A stretch of DNA of 64,000 nt from an uncultured Bdellovibrionales bacterium (GTDB lineage: Bacteria > Patescibacteriota > Minisyncoccia > Moranbacterales > UBA1568): NCBI GenBank assembly GCA_964384235.1, contig CAYLJX010000001.1, forward strand, positions 169,110 to 233,109, read 5' to 3'. Below, in pieces: positions 17,878-28,109 of this stretch (its first letter is position 1; each line of letters begins with the position of its first letter). The notes below the pieces were generated by a model. That model was not told where the DNA came from. It was given only the letters and a program-made list of their open reading frames with translations, and searched no databases. The position numbers and the translations under genes are program-made.

Positions 17878-19986
17878 CTAAATCCTAATTCTGATCCGCG
17901 CGTCGAGGACATGGAAGTCGTCGGCGTCAGGGAAGGCGAGGAGGGGGTTGATATCGAGCTCCTCGATCTCGGGGAAATCAGTGACAAGTGCGGAGAGGCG
18001 GCCAAGGAAATTTTTGAGCGCCTCGAGGTCGACGCCCTGTTTGCCGCGTGCGCCTTGGAGGAGGGGGTATGTTTTCAGCTCCTTGAGCATCTCATCCGCG
18101 TCTTCTTGTGTGATCGGAGCGAAACGGAAGGCGACGTCTTTGAACGTTTCGACGTAGATACCGCCGAGGCCTATCAGGAGGAGGCTGCCGAGTCCTGGTT
18201 CCTTTTTCATACCGAGGATGATCTCGTGCCCTCCCATCGGCGCCATCTCGACGGCGAGCGCTCCTTGGATCCTGGCATCGGGGGCGTGTGTCCGGACATT
18301 TCGCATGAGTTCATCGTATCGCTCTTCCGCATCGTTTGCCGTGACATCGAGGATGACGCCGCCGACGTCGGACTTGTGCGTGATGTCGGGGGAGACGATC
18401 TTCAGCACCATCGCTTTCTTGAACGCTTGCGCGGCTTCGAGGGCTTCCTCGCGGCTCTCGACCATGCGGCTCTCGAGGAAGGGGAATCCGTAGGCTCTGA
18501 GTGTTTCCCAGGCTTCTTTCTCCGAAAGCATCTCACGGTTTTCTTTCTTGGCTTTTGAAAAAATATCCTTCACGCGTTTCCGGTCGGGTGTTCCGATGGA
18601 AAATGATGTGCGGAGAGTGGCACGCGCGTGCCATGAGGCGACCCGTGCCAGGGAGCCGAGCGCTTCCGCGGCGGCTTCCGGGTAGGTGAGGGTTGCGACC
18701 CCATTTTTTTCGAGGAGGGAGATTCCTTCCTCGAGTGAAGTCTTTCCGGCAAAGACGGCGACGATTGGTTTTCCGGAAGATGTTTTCACGTCGACGATTG
18801 TCTCTGCGGTTTTCTTGGCCTCGGTCATGGTCTGAGGAGTGACGATGACGATGAGAGCATCGACCTGCGAGTCGGTGGCGACCGCTTCGATCGCCATCCG
18901 GTAGCGGTCGGCGAGCGCGTCCCCGAGGACATCGACAGGGTTATGGGAGCTTGCGGCCGGCGGGAGAGCGGCACGGAGTTTCGCGGTGGTGGTCTCGGTC
19001 AGCTTGGCGAGACAGAGGCTCGCGCGGATAGCGGCGTCGGTCGCGAGGACCCCGAGGCCTCCGGCATTGGTGACGATGGCGACACGTTTGCCGGCGGGAA
19101 GGGGATTTTGTGAAAAAACGGCAAGGAGGTCCGTCAGGTGTTCCAGGGATGTGGCCCGGATGATGCGGGCCTGTTTGAAGAGGGCGTCATAGGCCTGATC
19201 GCTCCCGGCGAGCGCTCCGGTATGCGAGTTTGAGGCTTTCGTTCCGGCATCCGTCGCGCCGGATTTGAGAGCGATGACAGGTTTGGGTGATTTCTCTGAC
19301 AGGATAGTCCGTCCCGTCTCGATAATGCCGGTCGCGTCCGTGAGTCCCTCGCTGTAGAAGCTGATCACTTTGGTCTGTTTGTCCTCGGCGAAGTAGCGGA
19401 GAAGCTCCCGTTCTCCGATGACGGCCTTGTTGCCATCGCTGACGAAGGAGGAATAGCCGAGCGTTTCACCAGTAAGGTCGAGAAGGGCGGTACAGAGCGC
19501 GCCGCTCTGGGAGAAGAACGCGATGGATCCGTCCTTCGGGAGTGTCTTGGCAAAGGAAGCATTGAGACTGAGGGCGGGATGGAGGAAGCCGAGACAGTTC
19601 GGGCCGAGGAGAGCGATATCGTATTCTGTGGCGATCGCCTTTGTTTCCTCTTCGAGGGCCTTGCCTGCGCTTCCGGTTTCCTTGAAGCCGGACGAGATGA
19701 TGATGGCGGCTTTGGTTCCTTTCATTCCGGCTTCGCGCAGGGCCGTAGGGACGGCCGCTGCCGGGATGATGATGATGGCGAGTTCCACGTCGTCAGGGAT
19801 CGCGGCTATGTTCGGGTAGCAGGGGAGGTCGAAGAGGGTGTCGGTCTTGGGATTGACCGGATAGATTTTGCCCGTGTACCTGTTTTTGAGAAGGTTCTCG
19901 GTGAGACCGTGGCCGACGCTTCCTGGTTTGGTCGAGGCACCGATGACGGCGATGGATTTCGGTGAGAACAACGATTCGAGGTTCAT
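17878..19986 (-). CDS. Acetate--CoA ligase (ADP-forming), fused alpha/beta
   Basis: CoA-binding SIAVIGAS, GPNCLG, SHTGAL phospho-His, ATP-grasp HKSDVGGV, ELDINP. Confidence 0.92.
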   Translation of the reverse strand: MNLESLFSPKSIAVIGASTKPGSVGHGLTENLLKNRYTGKIYPVNPKTDTLFDLPCYPNIAAIPDDVELAIIIIPAAAVPTALREAGMKGTKAAIIISSGFKETGSAGKALEEETKAIATEYDIALLGPNCLGFLHPALSLNASFAKTLPKDGSIAFFSQSGALCTALLDLTGETLGYSSFVSDGNKAVIGERELLRYFAEDKQTKVISFYSEGLTDATGIIETGRTILSEKSPKPVIALKSGATDAGTKASNSHTGALAGSDQAYDALFKQARIIRATSLEHLTDLLAVFSQNPLPAGKRVAIVTNAGGLGVLATDAAIRASLCLAKLTETTTAKLRAALPPAASSHNPVDVLGDALADRYRMAIEAVATDSQVDALIVIVTPQTMTEAKKTAETIVDVKTSSGKPIVAVFAGKTSLEEGISLLEKNGVATLTYPEAAAEALGSLARVASWHARATLRTSFSIGTPDRKRVKDIFSKAKKENREMLSEKEAWETLRAYGFPFLESRMVESREEALEAAQAFKKAMVLKIVSPDITHKSDVGGVILDVTANDAEERYDELMRNVRTHAPDARIQGALAVEMAPMGGHEIILGMKKEPGLGSLLLIGLGGIYVETFKDVAFRFAPITQEDADEMLKELKTYPLLQGARGKQGVDLEALKNFLGRLSALVTDFPEIEELDINPLLAFPDADDFHVLDARIRIRI

Positions 19987-20008
19987 AGTTTGATTTTTTC
20001 GTGTTGCT

Positions 20009-20220
20009 TTTTACACTTTTCTTCCTTTCCTCGCGGTACGGTTCTCGAACACCTCTCGGCTCGCTTGTCGACAGAACGTCGCCGGTCCGGCTTACGCCAA
20101 GCCTCAGCGTCATCTTTTTGTCTCCGACAAAAAGCTCGTCCCGTCTTGTTTTGTACCGACTCGCTCACCGGACGTGTGACCGAGATTCCGTAAGGCTCCG
20201 AAAGAAAGAAAAGAGTAAGA
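20009..20220 (-). repeat. Family A structured element, copy 1
   Basis: Similar to 25898-26072 and 39065-39242; terminal inverted repeat. Confidence 0.8.
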
Positions 20221-20352
20221 ATCCTTTTCGTTCTATGCAGAATCTGGTTTTAAACAAGCCATAACGATATTATTTTACCAAGAGTCGCGACTATTGACAA
20301 AATTGATGAATTTTGATAACATATTTTGTTTAAGAATTTATCCCCATTCCAT

Positions 20353-21300
20353 ATGAAGAGCCGGAATTTTTGGCTTTCCAAAGAGGTTTTCCTGGGATTG
20401 GCCCTCATGGTCGTGTTGGTCGTCCCGGTGTATGTCTTTGGCGGGTCCAAGGTGATTTTTGTCGACAAGAACGCGAAGGGATCCGAGAAGGGAACCTACA
20501 GTCAGCCGTATCACACCATCGAGCGCGCCCTCAAGCACGCCAAGGAGGGCACGGAAGTGCGCGTGAAGAAGGGAACATACGAGGAGAACATCACGCTCCC
20601 CGAGGACGTGAAGCTCGTCTCCGACAAGGAGGAGCGCGACGCCGTCACCATCAAGGGCGACAGCGACAAAAGAGCGGTCGTGACGATGAAGGATGGATCC
20701 AAGCTCAGTCACGTCACCGTGAAGGATGGCAAGGACGGTATCCTCGTCAAGGAAAACGCCAAGGCGCATATCTTCAACGTGCTCGTCAAGGACAATGATC
20801 GCGACGGCATCCACATCGAATCAGGGAAGACCGACAAGCGTCACCGCGCGTTCATGGAGGACGTGAAGGCGGCGAACAATGGGAAGGCCGGCATCTATGC
20901 CGAGAAGCGCCTCATCGTACTCATCGACTCCGACATCAACGGGAACCGAGGTGACGGTATCGACCTCGCGGCCGGCACCAAGGCCTGGTTCGAGGACAAC
21001 CACATGAGCCACAACCGCGGAAGCGGTGCCAAGCTCATCCTCGACGGTTCCGAGATCTGGAGCAAGGACAATGATTTCCGTTCCAACGGCCGCGAGGGCG
21101 TGGAAGTGAACTCCTATGGCCAGGCCGGACAGATTGGTCTCAAGAAGGCCGACCTCGTCGACAACGGTCACTACGGGATCGCCAAGATCGCCCGTACCGC
21201 AGCCGGTACCAAGGCGTTCGGCGGACTTCTCCTTCAGGACGGTGTCCGTATCGAGAGCAATGGTATGGGAGCACAGTCTCCTATCGTCCGCGGTTTCTAA
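20353..21300 (+). CDS. Right-handed parallel beta-helix protein (pectin-lyase-like)
   Basis: GTYSQPYHTIERAL..GTYEE; repeated N-x-x-x-G-I motifs; N-terminal TM. Confidence 0.8.
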   Translation: MKSRNFWLSKEVFLGLALMVVLVVPVYVFGGSKVIFVDKNAKGSEKGTYSQPYHTIERALKHAKEGTEVRVKKGTYEENITLPEDVKLVSDKEERDAVTIKGDSDKRAVVTMKDGSKLSHVTVKDGKDGILVKENAKAHIFNVLVKDNDRDGIHIESGKTDKRHRAFMEDVKAANNGKAGIYAEKRLIVLIDSDINGNRGDGIDLAAGTKAWFEDNHMSHNRGSGAKLILDGSEIWSKDNDFRSNGREGVEVNSYGQAGQIGLKKADLVDNGHYGIAKIARTAAGTKAFGGLLLQDGVRIESNGMGAQSPIVRGF

Positions 21301-21324
21301 TCCGCTCCGTAACCGGAGGCTTCT

Positions 21325-22497
21325 ATGAAAATCGCATTCATCGGACAAAAGGGAATCCCCGCCATCTCCGGTGGCGTGGAAAAGCACGTCGAGAAGCTCG
21401 CAACGAGGCTCGCGCAGTCGGGACATGAGGTGACTGTCTATGTCCGTCCGCACTACACGAACCCGCGCCTCACGAAATTCCAGGGTGTCCGACTCGTCCA
21501 TCTGCCGAGCATCCGGACCAAGCACCTCGACGCCATCACACATGCGTTCATGGCGACAGTGCACGCGCTGTTCCAGCCGTACGATGTCATCCACTATCAG
21601 ATGATCGGTTCGTCGGTACTTTCGATCATTCCTCGTCTCCTAAAACCGGGCACGCGGGTGGTAGCGACGTTTCACAGCCGTGACTATTTCCACAAGAAGT
21701 GGAACGCCTTCGCGCGCCTGTGCCTGCGGATGGCGGAGTATCTTACCTGTCGCTTTCCGGAAAAGACCATCGCCATCAGCGAAACGCTCTTCGAACATGC
21801 GAAAGCCAAGTATGGGAAAGAGCTCGTTCTCATCCCGAACGGCGCCGAGACCGGTTTCGAACCGGATACCGAACCGCTCAATCAGTGGGGACTCCGACCG
21901 AAGCGCTATGTCCTCTCGGTGAGCCGTCTCGTCGAGCACAAGGGTATCCACTATCTCATCAAGGCGTTCCAGGACCTGGAGCGCATGAACAAGGTGCCCA
22001 ACAACTTCAAGCTGGTCATTGTCGGAACGCATGCCGAGACGCCGGAATACGAGAAGTATCTCAAGGTGGTAAGCGCCGGTTCCGCGAATATCCTTCTTGT
22101 GGGGGAACAGACTGGGAAAACACTTGCAGCCCTTTTCTCACATGCGCTCCTCTTCGTGCAGCCGTCCGAGGACGAGGGATTGTCCCTGGCCCTGCTCGAG
22201 GCGATGGGATACGGGGTCGCTCCCATCGTGAGCGATATCCCCGCCAATGTCGAAGCGATCAAATCCGACTGCGGGAGCATTTTCCGGAACAAGGACGTCG
22301 AATCGCTCAAATCCGAACTCGCGTATTTCATCAACCGTCCCGAAGAAGCCGAAGCGATGGGGAAACTCGCCAAAGCCAGGATAGAAGAACACTACAGTTG
22401 GGACGCCATCGCCAGGCGGACCGAGGAAGTCTACGACGACCTCATCAAACAGCACAGCATCAAGAAAGGAAACTATGCGCATCTTCGATCGAAGTGA
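21325..22497 (+). CDS. Glycosyltransferase family 4
   Basis: GIPAISGGVE; EGLSLALLEAM. Confidence 0.93.
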   Translation: MKIAFIGQKGIPAISGGVEKHVEKLATRLAQSGHEVTVYVRPHYTNPRLTKFQGVRLVHLPSIRTKHLDAITHAFMATVHALFQPYDVIHYQMIGSSVLSIIPRLLKPGTRVVATFHSRDYFHKKWNAFARLCLRMAEYLTCRFPEKTIAISETLFEHAKAKYGKELVLIPNGAETGFEPDTEPLNQWGLRPKRYVLSVSRLVEHKGIHYLIKAFQDLERMNKVPNNFKLVIVGTHAETPEYEKYLKVVSAGSANILLVGEQTGKTLAALFSHALLFVQPSEDEGLSLALLEAMGYGVAPIVSDIPANVEAIKSDCGSIFRNKDVESLKSELAYFINRPEEAEAMGKLAKARIEEHYSWDAIARRTEEVYDDLIKQHSIKKGNYAHLRSK

Positions 22498-23557
22498 TCT
22501 GAAATCCCTTTTCGCGAAGTGGGGCCGCGCGTTCGTCGTGGCCTTTGTCTTCGCGGTGTTCGCGAGCGGACTCGTCCTGCTTGATACGTTCCGCGGATAC
22601 CAGTCCGAGATCCGTGTCCTGGTCATCATGCGCGCCGGACAGTCGGCGGAGAGCGCCGATCAGGTGATCGGGAACATCGCCGAGCTTCCGAAAAACCTTT
22701 CTTTCTACGAGCGCGTGCTCGCTGACAATGATTTCCTCGAGGACCGTTTCGCCGGACAGACCCCCGATGACCGCAAGGCACTCTGGAATGAGACAGTCTC
22801 CGTCACCCAAAGCGACGAGAGCGGCATGCTCATGATCCGGGCGGAAGGGGAGAGTCCGGAAGAGGCGAGGCTTCTTGCCGAACAGACGGGGAAGACCTTG
22901 TTTGCAGTGACGGGGCGGTACTACGATATCAGGACCGATATCGATATGCGCGTGGTCGACGGACCGATTACTGGAACCGTCGTCGTTTCCCCGGTCCTGT
23001 ATGTCGTAACGAGCATCGTTTCTGGTTTCATCGTCACACTCCTGTTTTTCGTTTTTCTCTCGCTCCTGGAAAAGATCCCGGCGCGAAGGTTGAAAAAGCG
23101 CGAAACGCTCGAAATCTTCGTGCCGCATGACGAGGCGCCCAAGAAGACTTTCGGAGGATACGCGCAAGGTGACAGCGTCCCGTATATCGATCCGCGCACC
23201 TTCGTGCCCAAGAGACCGACCTCGCTCATTTCTTCCTTTGAGTCACAGAGCCAGGAAATTCATCCGGTAAAGAAGGAGGAGAAGAAGGAGGCGGTGCACA
23301 CTGGTACCAAAGCCTCCGCTCCTGCCAACCTCCCGATCGCCGAGGAAGAAGTATCTTTGTCATTCGGTTCGGGTGTGACAGAAATCATGGAGGAACCGAT
23401 CGTCTTGGAGAAAGAGCCGAAAGAAAAGCAGGCTGTCTTCGGAGACGAGAAGATCATGCCGGCCAAGGAAACGCCTGCCGAAGAGGATCTCTCCCGCGAA
23501 CCGACGATCGAGGAATACAAGCGCCGCCTCAACGAACTCCTCTCTGGAGGAAAGTGA
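22475..23557 (+). CDS. Wzz/chain-length-like membrane protein with an acidic tail
   Basis: Two TM helices; architecture similar to 10066. Confidence 0.55.
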   Translation: MRIFDRSDLKSLFAKWGRAFVVAFVFAVFASGLVLLDTFRGYQSEIRVLVIMRAGQSAESADQVIGNIAELPKNLSFYERVLADNDFLEDRFAGQTPDDRKALWNETVSVTQSDESGMLMIRAEGESPEEARLLAEQTGKTLFAVTGRYYDIRTDIDMRVVDGPITGTVVVSPVLYVVTSIVSGFIVTLLFFVFLSLLEKIPARRLKKRETLEIFVPHDEAPKKTFGGYAQGDSVPYIDPRTFVPKRPTSLISSFESQSQEIHPVKKEEKKEAVHTGTKASAPANLPIAEEEVSLSFGSGVTEIMEEPIVLEKEPKEKQAVFGDEKIMPAKETPAEEDLSREPTIEEYKRRLNELLSGGK

Positions 23558-23603
23558 CTCCGAGCTTGTCGAGGAGTCACCCTGAACGAAGTCGAAGAGT
23601 CTC
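23554..23603. repeat. REP-like palindromic repeat
   Basis: GTGACTCC-GAGCTTGTCGA-GGAGTCAC followed by CCTGAACGAAGTCGAAGAGTCTC. Confidence 0.55.
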
Positions 23604-23623
23604 GTATTGATGATTGAATTACT

Positions 23624-24994
23624 ATGAAAAAGTATTCGACGAAATTTTGGATTATTTTTTGGGTCGTTGCCATCCTGTTTCTCACGGGCTGGTACGCCTT
23701 TTGGGAATTCAAGAACCGCAATATCGATGACCTGAACGCCCTCACCGGTCTCTTGCCGGAAAGCGAGACCAAAGCCGATCTGCAGACACTTCTCGCGATC
23801 GCGGATACGCTCCTGCATACGGACGGTGAGACCAAGACGTTTCTCATCCTTTTCCAGAACAATCTCGAGCTCCGGCCCGGAGGCGGATTCATCGGGAGCT
23901 TCGGCATTCTCAAGGTGAAAGACGGTTCCGTCATGGAATTCCAGGTGCATGACACGGGAAATTTCGACGGGCGCATCCCGGATATCGTTCCGGCACCATA
24001 TCCCATGCCGGAAACATTGCGGGTCAAGTGGCTCAAACTGCGTGATTCCAACTACTCTCCCGATTTCACGACCAACGCCGCGAAGGCGGAAGAATTCTAC
24101 CGTCTTGGACAGGGAGGGGAGCAGTTCGACGGTGTCGTGGGGATCACGACCAACGTGCTTGCATCGTTCTTGAAAGTGACCGGACCGGTCGAGGTGCCGG
24201 GATATCCGGGTGTTTACGGATCGGACAATGCCGTGCTCGATCTGGAGTATCAGGTGGAACAGGGCTTCGTGGGGCAGAACATCGACCGCGGAGAACGCAA
24301 GAGCATCATGAACGCTCTCGGCAGAGCCATCCTCGACAAGGCCAAGGACCTGAGTCTCGCCAAGAAGTACGAACTCTTCGAAACGGTGCTCGACGACCTC
24401 CATCGCAAGGACATCCAACTCGCCTTCAAGGAGAAGGAATTACAGGAACGCGTGGAACGCTCCGGCTGGAGCGGCAGAATGGACCGCACCTGGCAGGATG
24501 ATTATCTTCTTGCGGTGGATGCCAATCTGAGCGCCCTCAAGACCGACTACAAGATGAAGCGGCGTATCGACTATACCGTCGATCTGCGTCCGAGCGAACC
24601 GAGCGCCACGGCGGTCGTCACCTATACCCACACCGGCAAGACCAAAGACTACATGACGCGGGACTATCAGACGTTCCTGCGCCTCTATGTGCCGGACGGG
24701 AGCTGGCTCAAACGCGTCTCCGGCAATACCACACCGGTCGTCTACGGAAGCGAGCTCGGCAAGAAGAGTTTCGGCGTCCTGGTGCAGGTGCCGCTCGGCA
24801 CGGAGAAGAGCGTGACGTTCGAATATGTCTTGCCGAAAAACATCGACGCTTCGGCGTATGATCTCAAGATCCAGAAACAGCCCGGTGTGAACGACATCCC
24901 GGTACGCCTCACCATCATCGGAAAGGACAGATCAAAAACGGAAAAGGAGTTCACTCTGAACCGGGATACGACGCTTGATGCGCTCTCGGAGTAG
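23624..24994 (+). CDS. DUF4012-domain protein
   Basis: LILFQNNLELRPGGGFIG, RDSNYSPDF, QKQPG. Confidence 0.88.
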   Translation: MKKYSTKFWIIFWVVAILFLTGWYAFWEFKNRNIDDLNALTGLLPESETKADLQTLLAIADTLLHTDGETKTFLILFQNNLELRPGGGFIGSFGILKVKDGSVMEFQVHDTGNFDGRIPDIVPAPYPMPETLRVKWLKLRDSNYSPDFTTNAAKAEEFYRLGQGGEQFDGVVGITTNVLASFLKVTGPVEVPGYPGVYGSDNAVLDLEYQVEQGFVGQNIDRGERKSIMNALGRAILDKAKDLSLAKKYELFETVLDDLHRKDIQLAFKEKELQERVERSGWSGRMDRTWQDDYLLAVDANLSALKTDYKMKRRIDYTVDLRPSEPSATAVVTYTHTGKTKDYMTRDYQTFLRLYVPDGSWLKRVSGNTTPVVYGSELGKKSFGVLVQVPLGTEKSVTFEYVLPKNIDASAYDLKIQKQPGVNDIPVRLTIIGKDRSKTEKEFTLNRDTTLDALSE

Positions 24995-25124
24995 GTATAT
25001 ACTGGCACTTGCATGTGCGTTCTTGGCAGTCGCGAAGGCCTGAATTGTTTCAGGCTTTCCGAATGTCCGGAAGCAAAGGACAGAAGAGTTGTTTGGACAA
25101 TCGAATATGGAGAGGGGGTATGAT

Positions 25125-25763
25125 ATGTCTGTTATAGTATGGAAGCTAGTTTTCTGGATCAGCGCGCTTTCCGGGTTTACGTTCGGGTTTCTTGCGATGC
25201 TGGAAGGGGCGTTGAAGCAGGTGCTGCATGATCTCGGTGTTAGCCATCGAAGAAAGGAAAGGATGCTCAAGTGGTATCTCGTCGTGGCTGCGATATCATC
25301 CGTGGTTGCCCTCGTTTCCTACGCTTTTCTGGTAGGACCGCAAGAGACGGTGCCGGTTTATAAGGGGGATCTCATCGTCGTGTGGTCTACATCGCTTCTC
25401 GTGTTCGTCATCGTTACTCGCGAGCAATGGTCGCGTGTAAGGTGGATCGCGGATTTTGCAGATTACCAACGGCATTCTTCAAGCGTTACCGGTGTTATCG
25501 AACGCGTCGGCGACGGAGGAGATACGACGATGTATACCCTGGAGGGGGACGATTTCGTGTACTACGTTCATCACTCGATGTATTCCGCGAAGGTGGGTGA
25601 CTGGGTCAAGCTGTGGCTGAAGCCTAACGAGCATACGGTCTCGACTCCTACCGTACTCCTCATGCTGCACACCGTGCAGCAGAACGAGAAGTCTCCCACG
25701 TTTCCTTCACAAGAGGAGAGGGACAAACAAAAGAACTACCAACCCAAGGCCAAGTTCAACTGA
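25125..25763 (+). CDS. Hypothetical membrane protein
   Basis: Three TM segments plus a soluble beta-rich C-terminus; SD-like GGAGAGGGGG. Confidence 0.6.
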   Translation: MSVIVWKLVFWISALSGFTFGFLAMLEGALKQVLHDLGVSHRRKERMLKWYLVVAAISSVVALVSYAFLVGPQETVPVYKGDLIVVWSTSLLVFVIVTREQWSRVRWIADFADYQRHSSSVTGVIERVGDGGDTTMYTLEGDDFVYYVHHSMYSAKVGDWVKLWLKPNEHTVSTPTVLLMLHTVQQNEKSPTFPSQEERDKQKNYQPKAKFN

Positions 25764-25897
25764 TGCCCACACTTTCCGTTTCCCTGCCGCCGTGCGCTTG
25801 AATCTTCGCGCCCGGCGGCTTTGCTTTTTGTGCTACAATAGAAGCGTCCCAGATGGGTGTTTGGGGAATATTTTTGTTACTTGTACTCTATAAAGAT

Positions 25898-26072
25898 CTC
25901 CCATTCTTTTCATTTTCGAAGCCTTACGCCTCGCTCGGCAACACGTCCGGGAGAGCGTCGCTAGAACTGGAGCGTGACGCGTGGCCGAGTTAGCAGGACA
26001 GCGACAGTTGTCGACGCTCGAGCCGAGACGTGTTCGAGGAGTCGTACAGCAAGAAAAGGGAAAGAATGGGAG
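25898..26072 (+). repeat. Family A structured element, copy 2 (upstream of trmD)
   Basis: CTCCCATTCTTT/AAAGAATGGGAG closing stem; shared core. Confidence 0.8.
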
Positions 26073-26102
26073 TTCAAAGGGAACAAATGTTTGAATGTTG
26101 TT

Positions 26103-26789
26103 ATGAGGTTTGATATTATTTCCATTTTTCCGGAAAGTTTCCAGTCATACTTCGGTGTGTCTATTTTGAAGCGTGCGCAGGAGGAGCAGTTGATAGATAT
26201 CCACTTGCATAATCTGCGCGAGTATACCCATGATAAGCGTCAGACCGTCGACGATACGCCCTATGGCGGGGGAGCGGGGATGGTGCTCAAAGTGGAACCG
26301 ATCGCGGAAGCGATTGAAGCAGTCAACAGTCAACAGTCAACAGTGAACAGTGAAGAACAGAAAACACGAACAATACTGTTTTCAGCGAAGGGGAAGACGT
26401 TTACGCAGCAGGATGCGCGAAGACTCGCACGGTATGATCGGCTCATCATGGTCTGTGGCCGCTACGAGGGCGTCGATGAGCGCGTGGCGGAACATCTGGT
26501 CGACGAGGAGCTCTCGATCGGAGAGTACGTACTTACGGGTGGGGAACTGCCGGCCATGATCGTCGTCGACGCGGTGACGCGCCTCCTGCCGGGAGCGCTC
26601 GGGAACGACGAGAGCAGCGAGGAAGAATCCCATACTGAAGAAGGGATGATAGAACATCCGCAGTACACCAAGCCGGAAGAATATCGCGGATGGAAAGTCC
26701 CTGAAGTCTTGTTGTCCGGCCATCACGGAGAAATCGCCAAGTGGAGAAAGGAACGACAGAAAAAATCTGATGAGAATCAAGGACTGTAA
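26103..26789 (+). CDS. trmD: tRNA (guanine-N1)-methyltransferase
   Basis: [34 protein letters not shown]. Confidence 0.97.
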   Translation: MRFDIISIFPESFQSYFGVSILKRAQEEQLIDIHLHNLREYTHDKRQTVDDTPYGGGAGMVLKVEPIAEAIEAVNSQQSTVNSEEQKTRTILFSAKGKTFTQQDARRLARYDRLIMVCGRYEGVDERVAEHLVDEELSIGEYVLTGGELPAMIVVDAVTRLLPGALGNDESSEEESHTEEGMIEHPQYTKPEEYRGWKVPEVLLSGHHGEIAKWRKERQKKSDENQGL

Positions 26790-26818
26790 CGAGATTTTCG
26801 TTTCGTTTGAAACCTGGA

Positions 26819-26956
26819 AGGTCAGATCTCCCTTTTCGGAGTCTTGAAGATCCGAAAGCGGGCATGGTTCCGACTGGCAAGGAGGAGAGCGAAGGAGCTT
26901 CAGGAGTGAGGGTGCGCGCCGGGCAACCGAGCGACTCCGAAAAGGGAGGCTGACCT
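26819..26956 (+). repeat. Family B structured element, copy 1 (upstream of ftsW)
   Basis: Long closing stem; core GCGGGCATGGTTCCG...GGAGAGCGA shared with 30694-30841. Confidence 0.75.
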
Positions 26957-26993
26957 GAAAGAGTTCGCGATTTGAAGAAAAATTCAAAGATTC

Positions 26994-28109
26994 ATGACAA
27001 AAACACCGATACAAAAACCATTCGATCGCACGCTCTTCATCACTATCCTGATGCTCCTCGGGATCGGGCTTCTGATGATCGCGAGTGCCGGAGTCGTCTT
27101 CGGTAAGGTGCGCTTCGGTGACGAATACTACTTCTTCAAACAGCAGCTCATCGGCCTCGGTTTCGGACTGGCCGCACTCTTCATTTTCCAGCGTATCCAC
27201 TACCGGGTGTGGCAGAAGCTCGTCCTCCCTATCTTCCTCGTCGCTTTGGGACTCTTAGTCCTCGTCTTCATCCCGGGCTTCGGGACGACCGTGTACGGCG
27301 CGGCGCGCTGGGTGGAGCTCGGACCGCTCTCCTTCCAGCCGTCGGAAGTGATGAAGTTCGCCATCATTCTCTATCTTTCCGCCTGGCTTTCCAACAAGGG
27401 ACAGCGGAAGGCCGCGGATTTTTTCGAGGGATTCGTGCCGTTTCTCGTGATCCTCTCCATCGTGGGATTCCTCATCATCAAGCAACCGGACACGGGGACG
27501 CTCGGGCTCATCTTCCTTATGTCGCTTTCAGTGTTCTTCGCCTCGGGTGCGAGTATCGCGCATCTCGGGTATCTCTTTCTGGCGGGACTTCTCTTTCTTT
27601 TCATACTTATCAAGACTGCCCCGTACCGTATGCAGCGTTTTCTCGTGTATATCAATCCGGAGCATGACCCTCTCGGATTCGGGTATCAGATGACTCAGGC
27701 GCTCTTGGCTATCGGTTCCGGTGGCATCCTCGGGGTCGGTCTCGGACACAGTCGGCAGAAATTCAACTACCTTCCCGAGCCGGTGACGGACTCGATCTTT
27801 GCGGTACTCGGGGAGGAGCTCGGGTTGATCGGGGCGGTGGTCGTGGTCGGCCTTTTCCTTATGGTGGCCTGGCGCGGATTGAAGATCGCCAAGAGCGCTC
27901 CGGACGAGTTCGGCAAGCTGGTCGCGGTCGGTATCACGTCGTGGATCGTCTTTCAGGCCTTCATCAATATGGCGGCCATCACGGGACTCATCCCGCTCAC
28001 CGGTATTCCCTTGCCCTTTATCAGCTACGGCGGCACGTCTTTGGTGGTGCTTCTGGCGGCCGTTGGCATCTTGTTAAACATCAGTAAACACTCTACACTG
28101 AAAGCATGA
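26994..28109 (+). CDS. ftsW: Peptidoglycan glycosyltransferase FtsW
   Basis: FQPSE.MK, QPDTG, PFISYGG. Confidence 0.95.
   Translation: MTKTPIQKPFDRTLFITILMLLGIGLLMIASAGVVFGKVRFGDEYYFFKQQLIGLGFGLAALFIFQRIHYRVWQKLVLPIFLVALGLLVLVFIPGFGTTVYGAARWVELGPLSFQPSEVMKFAIILYLSAWLSNKGQRKAADFFEGFVPFLVILSIVGFLIIKQPDTGTLGLIFLMSLSVFFASGASIAHLGYLFLAGLLFLFILIKTAPYRMQRFLVYINPEHDPLGFGYQMTQALLAIGSGGILGVGLGHSRQKFNYLPEPVTDSIFAVLGEELGLIGAVVVVGLFLMVAWRGLKIAKSAPDEFGKLVAVGITSWIVFQAFINMAAITGLIPLTGIPLPFISYGGTSLVVLLAAVGILLNISKHSTLKA

Noticed and set aside
25974-26102. N-terminal extensions of TrmD (also MurB 30788, GreA 1748, DsbA-like 62529)
   Set aside because: Artefacts of longest-ORF calling through non-coding elements or upstream sequence; conserved N-termini begin at later ATGs.
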